Shown piece by piece: positions 10,531 through 18,963 of a stretch of 64,000 nt of DNA (positions are counted from its first letter, which is position 1; every line of letters begins with the position of its first letter). Location: contig JBFMBH010000003.1 in assembly GCA_040755095.1 (NCBI GenBank), positions 20,143 through 84,142 of the forward strand, read 5' to 3'. The notes under the pieces are model-generated. The model saw only the letters and a list, made by a program, of their open reading frames with translations, was not told the DNA's origin and searched no databases. The position numbers and the translations under genes are program-made. Source of the stretch: Thermodesulfobacteriota bacterium (GTDB lineage: Bacteria > Desulfobacterota > Desulfobulbia > Desulfobulbales > JBFMBH01).

Positions 10531-11040
10531 ATGGAAACCCTGGCCGCAATCGCTGGCCGCCGCAGCATCCGCCGGTACCAGGAGCGGCCGGTTCCGGAGG
10601 CGATGGTGGAGGCGCTCCTGGCCGCGGCCATGCAGGCGCCGTCGGCGGGCAACGCCCAGCCCTGGCATTTTGTGGTGATCACCGACCGGACGCTTCTTGG
10701 CCAGGTACGGCAGATCAACCCGTACGCCGCCATGGCCGGCCATGCTCCCCTGGCCATCCTGGTCTGTGCGGAGCTGGCTTGCGAGCGCTTCCCTGGCAAC
10801 TGGGTTCTGGACTGTGCGGCGGCTGTGGAAAATCTGCTCCTGGCGGCCCAGGATCTGGGACTGGGGGCGGTCTGGACGGGCATCTATCCCGAGCGGGCAC
10901 GTATGGACGGCTTCCGGCTGCTGTTCGGGCTGCCCGAGGGGGTGCTGCCCCACACCCTGGTGCCGGTGGGGTTCCCGGATCAGGCGCTGCCCGCCGAGCA
11001 GCGGTTTCGGCCGGAGCGGGTGCACCGGGACCGCTGGTGA
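10531..11040 (+). CDS. nitroreductase family protein
   Basis: RRSIRRYQERPVP and APSAGNAQPWHFVVI motifs. AGGAGG Shine-Dalgarno sequence 5 nt before ATG 10531. Confidence 0.85.
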   Translation: METLAAIAGRRSIRRYQERPVPEAMVEALLAAAMQAPSAGNAQPWHFVVITDRTLLGQVRQINPYAAMAGHAPLAILVCAELACERFPGNWVLDCAAAVENLLLAAQDLGLGAVWTGIYPERARMDGFRLLFGLPEGVLPHTLVPVGFPDQALPAEQRFRPERVHRDRW

Positions 11041-11066
11041 ACGTGCCGACAAAGGAGGGACTGACC

Positions 11067-11570
11067 ATGAGGCGGTGGCAGAAACTGGTGCTCCAAGCAA
11101 GCCGGGGCCGGTGGCTCCGGCTGCTGGCCCTGGCGCTCTTTCTGGTCCCCTGGCCGGCGCAGGCGTCGGACCTGGCGGGCTGGGAGAAGGACAGCCCATA
11201 CCAGCGCCTGTACAAGCCGGCAGAGGTGGACAAGATCAAGGTCACCGTCGTGCGGCGGCAGGAGGTGGTGCCGATACCGGGCATGGCACCAGGGCTTGCC
11301 CTGGTGGTCACGGAAGGAGGGGAAGCCACCTTCCTGGTGCACCTGGGGCCCAAGTCCTATCTCGACCGGCAGCCCCTGGCAGTGGCGCCGGGCGACACGG
11401 TCAAGATCCGTGGCGTCTGGGCGGAGATCGGCGGCCAGGAGGTCTTCATGGCGGCCAAGATCAAGAAGGACGACGGCTACCAGTACAAGCTGCGGCTGAC
11501 CAGCGATGGCCGGCCTTTCTGGTCCCTCAGTCCGGAAGAGCGGGCCCGGGAGGCCGCAGCCGCCGACTGA
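11067..11570 (+). CDS. secreted hypothetical protein
   Basis: AAAGGAGGGA Shine-Dalgarno sequence. Signal peptide LRLLALALFLVPWPAQA. The beta-rich body (TFLVHLGPKSYLDRQPLAVAPGDTVKIRG) was not assigned to a family. Confidence 0.5.
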   Translation: MRRWQKLVLQASRGRWLRLLALALFLVPWPAQASDLAGWEKDSPYQRLYKPAEVDKIKVTVVRRQEVVPIPGMAPGLALVVTEGGEATFLVHLGPKSYLDRQPLAVAPGDTVKIRGVWAEIGGQEVFMAAKIKKDDGYQYKLRLTSDGRPFWSLSPEERAREAAAAD

Positions 11571-11622
11571 CCTGCCGGCCAAGCCGGCGCAAGACCCCAA
11601 CTCCCTTTCCAAGGCCATCCCC

Positions 11623-12513
11623 ATGCTGGTTCGTGACATCCTTGCCCGGACGAAGATCGCCTTCAGCTACGAGTTCTTCCCGCCCAAGACGGACGCCCAG
11701 AGTGAGCAGCTGTTCCACGCCATCGCACAGCTCATGCCCTTGCAGCCGTCCTACGTCAGCGTCACCTACGGGGCCGGCGGCTCCACCCGGGATCGCACCC
11801 ATCAGCTGGTCGTCCGGCTGCAGACCGAGACCGACCTCACCGTGGTCTCGCATCTGACCTGTGTCGGCTCCACCCAGGACGAGATCGCCCAGATCCTGGA
11901 GCGGTATGCGGTCCACGGGATCGAGAACATTCTGGCCTTGCGGGGCGATCCGCCTCGGGGGCAGAGCGGCTGGACGCCCGCCGGCAACGGCTTTCCCCAT
12001 GCCTGCGACCTGGTGCGCTTCATCAAGGAGCGTTTTCCCCAGATGGGGGTAGGGGTGGCCGGCTTCCCGGAAGGGCATCCGGAGACCCCCAACCGGCTGC
12101 AGGAAATCGAATTCCTGAAGGCCAAGGTGGACGCCGGCGCCGACTACATCGTCTCCCAGCTGTTCTTCGACAACCGGGATTTCTACGACTTCTGCGAGCG
12201 TTGTGAGCTGGCCGGCATCCGGGTGCCGGTTCTGGCCGGCATCATGCCCATCACCACCCGGCACGGCATGGTGCGCATTGCCGAGCTGGCGGCCGGCGCC
12301 CGCCTGCCAGCCCGGCTGCTCAAGTCGGTGGCCCGGGCCGAGAGCGACGAGTACGTGGAGAAGGTGGGCGTGCATTGGGCCACCGAGCAGGTCCGGGATC
12401 TCGTCTACCATGGGGTCCGGGGCATCCACTTCTACACCCTCAACGCCTCCCGGGGGACCCTCAAGATCTATGAGTCCCTGGGGGTCCGGGATTCGGCGCA
12501 GCTCCTGGCCTAG
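11623..12513 (+). CDS. metF: methylenetetrahydrofolate reductase
   Basis: FSYEFFPPKT, VTYGAGGSTR, HLTC, GFPEGHPE and DYIVSQLFFD motifs. Confidence 0.9.
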   Translation: MLVRDILARTKIAFSYEFFPPKTDAQSEQLFHAIAQLMPLQPSYVSVTYGAGGSTRDRTHQLVVRLQTETDLTVVSHLTCVGSTQDEIAQILERYAVHGIENILALRGDPPRGQSGWTPAGNGFPHACDLVRFIKERFPQMGVGVAGFPEGHPETPNRLQEIEFLKAKVDAGADYIVSQLFFDNRDFYDFCERCELAGIRVPVLAGIMPITTRHGMVRIAELAAGARLPARLLKSVARAESDEYVEKVGVHWATEQVRDLVYHGVRGIHFYTLNASRGTLKIYESLGVRDSAQLLA

Positions 12514-12522
12514 GGCAGGACC

Positions 12523-14013
12523 ATGCCTCGTCCTCCTGTGGTGGAAAGGCTTGACACCCTCACCGCCGAATTGACCGATCTTTACGGCATCGAGGCCCTC
12601 CTGCAGTGGGATCAGGAGGTGGGGCTCCCTGCCCGGGCGGTGCATGATCGGGCCCAGCAGCTGGCCACGATGCGCACCGTCATCCACCGGCGGGAGACGG
12701 ATCCGGAGCTGCGGCGGCTGGTGGAGGAGGCCCAGGGCCTGGATGATCTTCCGGACGCGGACCGGGGCCTGGTGCGGCTGGTGGGCCGCCTGGTCCGCCA
12801 GGCCAGCCTGCTGCCCGAGGACTTCGTGGCCGAGCTGGCCCGCACGACCTCGGCGGCCTTCGCCGTCTGGGTGGAGGCCCGGCAGCGGGCCGATTTTGCC
12901 CATTTTGCCCCCCACCTGGCGACAATCGTGGCGCTGTGCCGCCAGAAGGCCGAGCTCCTGGGCTTTCCGGAGCATCCCTACGACGCCCTCCTGGACCTCC
13001 ACGAGGAAGGGTTGACCACCCGGGCGGTGACCGAGCTTTTCGCCGGCCTGGGCCCGCGCCTGGCCGCCATGCTGGCCCGTGCGGCCAACCAGCCCCGGAC
13101 CAGGCTTGCCCTGTCGCCCCCCTTCACGGTGCCCCTGCAGGAGGCCTTTGCCGAGCGGCTTCTGGCCCGCATCGGCTTCGATTTCCAGCGGGGCCGGCAA
13201 GACCGCTCCGCCCATCCGTTTTCCACCACCATCGGCCACCACGACCGCCGGGTCACCAACCGTTACCGCCCCGACTCCATCGAGTTCGTGCTCAGCGCCC
13301 TCCATGAAGGGGGACATGCCCTCTACGAGCAGGGCATCAGCGATGCGCTGGCCCGCTCGCCCCTGGACCAGGGGGTCTCCCTGGGCATCCACGAGTCCCA
13401 GTCCCGGTTGTGGGAGAACATCATCGGTCGCAGCCGGCCATTCTGGGAGGGCCTGTTCCCGGACCTGGTCGCCTTCTTCGCCCCCCGCTTCGACGGTCTG
13501 GACCTGGAAACCTTCCTTGCCGCCATCAACGCCGTGGCGCCCGGCCCGATCCGGGTGGAGGCCGACGAGGTCAGCTACAATCTGCACATCCTGGTGCGGT
13601 TTGAGCTGGAAAAGGCGCTGGTGGAAGGGAGTCTGGCGGTGGCCGACCTGCCGGCGGTCTGGAACGAGCGCTACCGGCAGCTCCTGGGCGTGGCGGTGGA
13701 CGATGACGCCCAGGGCGTTCTCCAGGACGTGCACTGGTCCCACGGCAGCTTCGGCTATTTCCCCACCTACACCCTGGGCAATCTCGCCGCGGCCCAGTTC
13801 TGGCAAGCCTACCAGGAGGTCGATCCCGACCCGAATGCCACCCTCAGGCAGGGGCAGCTGGGACGGATCCGGGAATGGCTGGCGGCGGCCATCCACCGCC
13901 ACGGGGCGATCTATCCCCCGGATGAGCTCCTGCGGCGGGTCACCGGCCAGCCCCTCACCACCGGGCCGTTCCTGGGGTACCTGGCCGGCAAGTACCCGGA
14001 TCTTGTGCCCTGA
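12523..14013 (+). CDS. carboxypeptidase Taq-like metallopeptidase (M32)
   Basis: HEGGHALYEQG zinc motif, plus the family-typical IHESQSRLWEN, DVHWSHGSFGYFPTYTLG and IRVEADEVSYNLHI. Confidence 0.9.
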   Translation: MPRPPVVERLDTLTAELTDLYGIEALLQWDQEVGLPARAVHDRAQQLATMRTVIHRRETDPELRRLVEEAQGLDDLPDADRGLVRLVGRLVRQASLLPEDFVAELARTTSAAFAVWVEARQRADFAHFAPHLATIVALCRQKAELLGFPEHPYDALLDLHEEGLTTRAVTELFAGLGPRLAAMLARAANQPRTRLALSPPFTVPLQEAFAERLLARIGFDFQRGRQDRSAHPFSTTIGHHDRRVTNRYRPDSIEFVLSALHEGGHALYEQGISDALARSPLDQGVSLGIHESQSRLWENIIGRSRPFWEGLFPDLVAFFAPRFDGLDLETFLAAINAVAPGPIRVEADEVSYNLHILVRFELEKALVEGSLAVADLPAVWNERYRQLLGVAVDDDAQGVLQDVHWSHGSFGYFPTYTLGNLAAAQFWQAYQEVDPDPNATLRQGQLGRIREWLAAAIHRHGAIYPPDELLRRVTGQPLTTGPFLGYLAGKYPDLVP

Positions 14014-14034
14014 ATTCCGGTCCGTTGCCTTCCT

Positions 14035-14745
14035 ATGGATCTTCTGGCCGCCGAGTCCCGCTCCCTGCCGGCGATCTTCTCCCTGTCTTTCCTGGTGGCC
14101 CTGACCGGCGCCATGGCCCCAGGGCCGCTTCTGACCTACACCATCGTCCGCGCGATTGGCAGCCACCACGGCTATCTCATGGGGCTGTGGATCGTCCTTG
14201 GCCATGCCGCACTGGAGCTGGCCCTGATTGCCGGTCTTCTGTGGGGGCTCGCCCTGTTCCTGGCCCAGGCAGCGGTGGTGCGGGCCATTGGGGTGGCGGG
14301 CGGTTTCGTCCTGATCCTGTTTGGGGCTGGGCTGTTGCGGGATGTGGCGGCGGGCCGCATCGCCACCGATCTCGCGGCCGTGGAAGAGGGAGGCGCCACG
14401 GCAGGCCGTTGGGGCAGGGCCAACCCTGTTCTGGGCGGGGCGGTAATCTCCATGGCCAACCCGTACTGGTGGGTGTGGTGGGCCAGCATCGGCGCCGCCT
14501 TCATGAGCCAGTTCGGGGTCTCCTTTGACAGCTGGCCCACCCTCGCCGTCTTCTTCCTGGGGCACGAGGCCGGCGATCTCGCCTGGTACCTGGTGGTCTC
14601 GGCCGGGGCTTTCTGGGGCCGGCAGCGGCTGAGCCGGCGGGCCTACCACGCCGTCCTGGTCTGCTGCGGCCTGTTCATGATCGGCTTCGGGCTCTACCTC
14701 GGCGTGGTCCCATTCCTGGCCGGGCCGGTCACGGCGGCCGGCTGA
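14035..14745 (+). CDS. LysE/RhtB family amino-acid exporter
   Basis: About 6 TM segments. N-terminal LTGAMAPGPLLTYTI is typical of the LysE family. Confidence 0.8.
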   Translation: MDLLAAESRSLPAIFSLSFLVALTGAMAPGPLLTYTIVRAIGSHHGYLMGLWIVLGHAALELALIAGLLWGLALFLAQAAVVRAIGVAGGFVLILFGAGLLRDVAAGRIATDLAAVEEGGATAGRWGRANPVLGGAVISMANPYWWVWWASIGAAFMSQFGVSFDSWPTLAVFFLGHEAGDLAWYLVVSAGAFWGRQRLSRRAYHAVLVCCGLFMIGFGLYLGVVPFLAGPVTAAG

Positions 14746-14765
14746 GCACCTGGCGCTGGCCTTGT

Positions 14766-15074
14766 TCAGGCCGGCAGCCGGATGCGCTCTTCGGGATCAC
14801 GATCCGGATTGGCTCGGTACAGAAGGATGGTGCGGCCCAGGACCTGGGCGACGCCGGCCGCACACCGCTGGGCCAGTTCGTCGGCCAGCGGCCGGCGGCC
14901 GGCGCTGCACCCCGCCTGCACCCTGATCTTGATCAGCTCGTGCGCGGTCAGGTTGGCCTCGATGGCGGCGAGCACCGCCGGGGTCAGGCCCTGGGTGCCG
15001 ATCATCACCGCCGGCTGCAGATGGTGGCCCAGGGCCCGCAGATGGCGAGCCTGTCTGCCAGTCAAGGTTGTCAT
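14766..15074 (-). CDS. yhbY: YhbY-like CRM-domain RNA-binding protein
   Basis: LTGRQARHLRALGHHLQPAVMIGTQGLT...ELIKIRV. AAGGAGGAGGAAG Shine-Dalgarno sequence before ATG 15074. Confidence 0.8.
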   Translation of the reverse strand: MTTLTGRQARHLRALGHHLQPAVMIGTQGLTPAVLAAIEANLTAHELIKIRVQAGCSAGRRPLADELAQRCAAGVAQVLGRTILLYRANPDRDPEERIRLPA

Positions 15075-15104
15075 GGTCTTCCTCCTCCTTCGTAGGCTGC
15101 CGCC

Positions 15105-16085
15105 ATGCCCCGCGAGATCACTCACTGGCTGATCGCCCAGGCGGCGGCCAACCGCCTGGCTGACACCCCTTTGGGCGAGGCCGCCGGTCGCTGTCCCGAC
15201 CTCCTGGTCCTGGGCGCCCTGGCCCACGACGCCCTTCTCTTTCCCCACTGCCTGCCGGGTGGCCGGAGCTTCCGTTTCCTGGCCCACCGCCTGCACGGGC
15301 TGGCGGGAGAGGATACGTATCCCGTCCTCCGGGCGGCTGTTGCTGCTGCCGCCGTGGCCGGCCATGACCGGCCGGGACTGCTCGCCTTCCTCGCTGGCCT
15401 TGCCTCCCATGTAGCGGCCGACGCCGTCTTCCATCCGCTGGTCTTCTATCTGACCGGGGACTACCATGCCCCGGATCGGCGGCTGCGGGCTCTGGCTGCC
15501 CAGCGGCACCATCGCCTGGAGGGCCTGCTGGATCTCGTTCTCATCGGCGGCCCAGCCCAGGCCAGGCATTACCGGCTCCTGGCCTGCTGGCAGCGCCAGC
15601 GCCGCCGGCTGGGCGACCTCCTTGCCACCATCCTCCGGCACCTGGACCCGCAGCTGCCGCCCGAGCCGGCTGCGGCCGCCATGGTGGCCGGTCTGGGCTG
15701 CTTTGGCCTGGTGCACGCCGTGTGCGTCCGCCCCTTGCCGGCCCGGCTCCTGCACGGGCTCTGCCCGCGGGCGCCCCTGCCCCTGCGGGACGGGCTGTCC
15801 CTGGCCTACGCCCCCCAGCTGTGGGCCGGACGGGGGCTTTGGCAGGGGTCGCTCTCCTTCTGCCACCCGGTGACCGGCGAGCCCGGGCAGGTCGAGACCC
15901 GGGAGCTGGTGGCCGAGGCGGTCCGGCGCAGTGAGCTTCTGGGGCGCCGTCTTGCCCAAGCCATGACGGGCGGCGCCAGCGACCCGCTGCCGGAGCAGGG
16001 CCCGTCCCTGGAGACGGGGCTGGCCGGCGTGCCCCGGCAGGCCATGCGCTTCTTCGGCGGCCGCCGCCTGCCGGCGCTGGGCTAG
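15105..16085 (+). CDS. hypothetical protein, possibly zinc-dependent phospholipase C-like
   Basis: N-terminal THWLIA, GALAHD and HVAADAVFHP resemble the PLC/P1-nuclease-type metal-ligand pattern. The family call is tentative. Confidence 0.4.
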   Translation: MPREITHWLIAQAAANRLADTPLGEAAGRCPDLLVLGALAHDALLFPHCLPGGRSFRFLAHRLHGLAGEDTYPVLRAAVAAAAVAGHDRPGLLAFLAGLASHVAADAVFHPLVFYLTGDYHAPDRRLRALAAQRHHRLEGLLDLVLIGGPAQARHYRLLACWQRQRRRLGDLLATILRHLDPQLPPEPAAAAMVAGLGCFGLVHAVCVRPLPARLLHGLCPRAPLPLRDGLSLAYAPQLWAGRGLWQGSLSFCHPVTGEPGQVETRELVAEAVRRSELLGRRLAQAMTGGASDPLPEQGPSLETGLAGVPRQAMRFFGGRRLPALG

Positions 16086-16383
16086 CTCGGCGGCGCCCCC
16101 CCCAACAACGGGGCGGCACGGCATGCATACCGGATCTGCGGGCAGCAGTGCAAAGGGAAAATCCGGCCGGCGCGGACCAGGGCGCAGCGTGCACCGGCGT
16201 TTAGACCAAAATACGGAATGCGCTTATGGAAAAATGAACGTGCAACAAGTATAGTGACGGCCAACCCATAGCAGCGCCGTCCCGTGACCGCAGGGGCAGT
16301 TGGCGTGGCGGCAGGGAAATCGACCTAAACGGCCCGTTCATCAAAGCTGGTCCACAAAATTGACGTCAACCGGGGAGGATAAC

Positions 16384-17607
16384 ATGAAGAGATCGACCTA
16401 TCGTCGCAGTCTGGCCCGGCCCCTGGTCGGCGTCCTGGTGCTCGGTGGCGTGCTGGCGGTGGCGGGCTCGACCGGGGCCCAGGTGACTGGCCGGTGCTCC
16501 AACTGCCACACCATGCACAACAGCCAGGACGCCAGTCCCATGACCCTGAACGAGAGCGCGACCCCCAACCCCATGCTCACCCGGGGCGACTGCATGGGCT
16601 GCCACGCCTCGGGCACCAACCAGAAGATGTGGAACATCGATGGGGTCACCTTCATCCCCCAGGTCTTTCATACCGATGCCAGCGGTGACTTGGCCGGCGG
16701 CAACTTCGCCTACATCAACGATACCAAGGCCGGGGGCATCGGCGACGGGGATAATCGGGGCCACAATGTCATCGACATCTTCGGGCCGGGCTCGGATGAC
16801 AACCTGAGCGTGGTGCCCGGTGGCATCCTGCAGTACTACCATGACCAGAACGTCACCGACCTGACCCTGACCTGCGCCGGGGAGAACGGCTGCCACGGCG
16901 AGCGGGTATGGAACTCCGGCGTCACCGGCCTGGCGGCCCTGAAGGGCGCCCACCACGGCAACACCGACGGCGCCTGCAATCCCCCCCTGGACAACCCCAC
17001 CGTCGGCGACAGCTACCGCTTCCTGCTGGGGGTCAAGGGCTACGAGAACCAGACCAGCGGCCAGAAGTGGCAGAACGTCAGCGCCTCCAGCCACAACGAG
17101 TATTTCGGCCAGGCGGTCCCCAACGTCATGCATTGCTCCGGCGGCACCGGCAGCTGCCACTTTCCTGGCGGCCCCATCCGGCCCCGCAACCAGACGATCA
17201 GCGGCTTCTGCGGCACCTGCCACGGCAACTTCCACACCCTGAAGCCGCCCACCAGCGACGGCAGCGAGAGCAGTGACGGCCAGTCCATGGGCATCGGTCC
17301 TGCCGTCACCTCGCCCTTCCGCCGCCATCCCACCGATATCGTGATCAACCGCCTGGGGGCGGGCAGCGAGTATTCCCAGTACACCACGTACAACGTCAAC
17401 GCGCCGGTCGGCCGGACCACCGTTCTTTCCGCCCCGAGCGCCGTCGTCACCCCGGCCTCGGACACGGTCACCTGCCTGTCCTGCCACATGGTCCACGCCA
17501 GCCCCTATCCGGACATGCTGCGCTGGAACTACGATGCGCTGCAGGCCCACAGCGGCAGCAACACCAACGGCTGCTTCATCTGCCACACCACCAAGGACGA
17601 CGTGTAG
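16384..17607 (+). CDS. secreted multihaem c-type cytochrome
   Basis: GGAGG Shine-Dalgarno sequence and a signal peptide (LVGVLVLGGVLAVAGSTGA). Five CXXCH motifs (CSNCH, CMGCH, CGTCH, CLSCH, CFICH) plus two longer-spaced C-X5/6-CH motifs (CAGENGCH, CSGGTGSCH). Confidence 0.85.
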   Translation: MKRSTYRRSLARPLVGVLVLGGVLAVAGSTGAQVTGRCSNCHTMHNSQDASPMTLNESATPNPMLTRGDCMGCHASGTNQKMWNIDGVTFIPQVFHTDASGDLAGGNFAYINDTKAGGIGDGDNRGHNVIDIFGPGSDDNLSVVPGGILQYYHDQNVTDLTLTCAGENGCHGERVWNSGVTGLAALKGAHHGNTDGACNPPLDNPTVGDSYRFLLGVKGYENQTSGQKWQNVSASSHNEYFGQAVPNVMHCSGGTGSCHFPGGPIRPRNQTISGFCGTCHGNFHTLKPPTSDGSESSDGQSMGIGPAVTSPFRRHPTDIVINRLGAGSEYSQYTTYNVNAPVGRTTVLSAPSAVVTPASDTVTCLSCHMVHASPYPDMLRWNYDALQAHSGSNTNGCFICHTTKDDV

Positions 17608-17654
17608 GCCTCTTCATTGCCCCGCTTGCGGGGCGTGGGGCTTGAAGCTCAAGG

Positions 17655-17689
17655 CCGGTTCCGCCACCGCGGCGGAACCGGTTTTTTTT
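17655..17689 (+). terminator. rho-independent terminator of the cytochrome gene
   Basis: Perfect 11-bp stem CCGGTTCCGCC-ACCGC-GGCGGAACCGG followed by T8. Confidence 0.85.
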
Positions 17690-17758
17690 CGTGGGGCCGG
17701 TTGCCTCCGGAGGCCCTGCCGCCAGCTCTTGACAGGCCGGAAGCGCCCGGGCTATGGG

Positions 17759-18013
17759 AAGGGCAGCGCCCAGAAGCGGTTCGCCGAGGAGGCCGGCCTT
17801 GGCGATCTGCAATACCTGTCGGATCACGCCTCCGGGGCGTGGGCCAGGGCGGTTGGGCTTTTGAGCGGGGATCTGGGTCTCCTGGCCCGGGCAGTGGTCG
17901 TGGTGGATCGGCAAGGGAAGGTCCGTTATCTGCAGGTCGTGCCCGAGATGACGCATCTGCCGGACATGGAAGGCGCCTTTCAAAAGGCCCGGGCGTTGAG
18001 CCTCGAGCCCTGA
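17759..18013 (+). pseudogene. tpx: thiol peroxidase (Tpx) C-terminal remnant
   Basis: AQKRFAEEAGLGDLQYLSD...GLLARAVVVVDRQGKVRYLQVVPEMTHLPDMEGA matches the C-terminal half of Tpx. The N-terminal half with the peroxidatic Cys is absent, and there is no in-frame ATG. Confidence 0.6.
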
Positions 18014-18165
18014 GCCGGCGGCTCTTTCCTGGACAGGCCCGGGCCGGGACATGGCTTAGGCGAAAATGCGCCCTTGTCCCATGGAGTCCCGGGCAGCGGA
18101 ATGCTAATCTGACTGCAGAGCTTCATATCTGCCTCAGCCAAGGGAAACCGACCAAGGAGGATTCC

Positions 18166-18288
18166 ATGCTCGCCGCCCTGCTCGAAAGCCCTGCCTTCTA
18201 TTTCGGCCTGTATATCCTGTCCACAGCCGGCTTGACCCTGTTCTGGCGCAACCTGGCCAAAGGCCGCGCGCCCCGTTCCATCCGCTGA
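18166..18288 (+). CDS. 40-aa single-TM peptide (paralogue 1)
   Basis: AAGGAGG Shine-Dalgarno sequence 6 nt before the ATG. Product is MLAALLESPAFYFGLYILSTAGLTLFWRNLAKGRAPRSIR. A hairpin follows downstream. Confidence 0.45.
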   Translation: MLAALLESPAFYFGLYILSTAGLTLFWRNLAKGRAPRSIR

Positions 18289-18597
18289 TCCTCCGCTTTC
18301 CCCTGCCTCGGGCATCGCGGCTCCCCTCGTGCCGCGGTGCCCTTCTTCTCCGGTCTCCCTGTTGTCCTCGGTTCTCCTGGTTTCAGAGTGATTGTGCTCT
18401 GTGTCGAGCCGTCCTGACCGGCGGTGCCTAGGGCGTTTAGTGCCTACTATCCGATATTTCAGCAAAAAATGAACGCGGCGCCAATAGTGTTTCCGGCAGC
18501 GAAGGCTTATAGTGACAGCATGGATCATCGAGGTGGCTGGCCCGCTGCCAGGCCAGCCGGTAAGAAGACAGCGAAAATCCAACGTGAGGAAGAGGCC

Positions 18598-18717
18598 ATG
18601 GAGCTGACGATCTGGATGGTTTGTTTGCGGGATATCGGTATCTATGGGATTCTGGTGGCTGGCTTGACCGGTCTGTGGGCATGTTATGGCCGCAGGCGGA
18701 TCCAGGCGGCCTGCTGA
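18598..18717 (+). CDS. 39-aa single-TM peptide (paralogue 2)
   Basis: GAGGAAGAGG Shine-Dalgarno sequence. Product is MELTIWMVCLRDIGIYGILVAGLTGLWACYGRRRIQAAC. Shares the G-h-Y-x4-AGLT-x-h-W core with the 18166 peptide and is followed by a terminator. Confidence 0.45.
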   Translation: MELTIWMVCLRDIGIYGILVAGLTGLWACYGRRRIQAAC

Positions 18718-18739
18718 CCCAGCTTTCTGCCCTCCCCGG

Positions 18740-18780
18740 CCCCCTCGTGGTCAGGCTCGCCTGCCACGAGGGGGCTTTTT
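18740..18780 (+). terminator. rho-independent terminator after the small ORF
   Basis: CCCCTCGTGG-(13 nt)-CCACGAGGGG followed by CTTTTTGTTGT. Confidence 0.55.
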
Positions 18781-18800
18781 GTTGTGAGCCATCCGAACGG

Positions 18801-18830
18801 TTGACGTCCCTGACTGATCCGGCCGATAAT
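18801..18830 (+). promoter_or_regulatory. sigma70-like promoter upstream of usp
   Basis: TTGACG-18 nt-GATAAT. Confidence 0.35.
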
Positions 18831-18963
18831 CGGGCCAGGACCGGCTGTGCTCGGGGCGGGGGAGGGCCCCCGATCCCGGCGGGGGGCACTGGTGCCGGTT
18901 CGGCACTGCCCCGCCTCGGGGTGCGCGGGGCGACAACCCTGGCTAACAAGGGAGGTAGAGGTG

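Noticed and set aside
10401-11066. First 222 codons of the 389-aa ORF 10401..11570. The long leading parts of ORFs 19549..21456, 48896..51625, 56264..57139 and 58858..59823 are analogous.
   Set aside because: These stretches overlap well-supported genes in another frame (nitroreductase, the ABC permease, mlaE/mlaF, lpxD, lpxI). The real genes start at internal ATGs with a Shine-Dalgarno sequence or ATGA coupling.
11527-14649. 1040-aa minus-strand ORF, the longest of many long antisense ORFs. Others include 545..2107, 23916..26072, 28831..31365, 31148..34084, 34886..37255, 39637..41973, 42259..44031, 47146..49116, 48849..50423, 51568..53517, 58849..61035 and 60765..62504.
   Set aside because: All lie opposite genes with unmistakable family signatures (metF, M32 peptidase, tkt, MCP, cheA, eno and others). 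Their translations are Arg/Gly/Pro/His/Ala-rich with no recognisable motifs. This is the expected stop-codon-poor antisense frame of high-GC DNA.
16227-16245. Possible sigma54 promoter (TGG...TGC) in TGGAAAAATGAACGTGCA upstream of the cytochrome gene.
   Set aside because: The GG-to-GC spacing is 14 nt, not the 12 nt of the TGGCAC-N5-TTGC consensus, and the flanking bases do not match.
17534-17758. Upstream part of ORF 17534..18013, as a possible intact tpx start.
   Set aside because: This part overlaps the cytochrome 3' end and its terminator. It has no Tpx similarity and no in-frame ATG. Only the C-terminal half is Tpx-like, so it is called a remnant.
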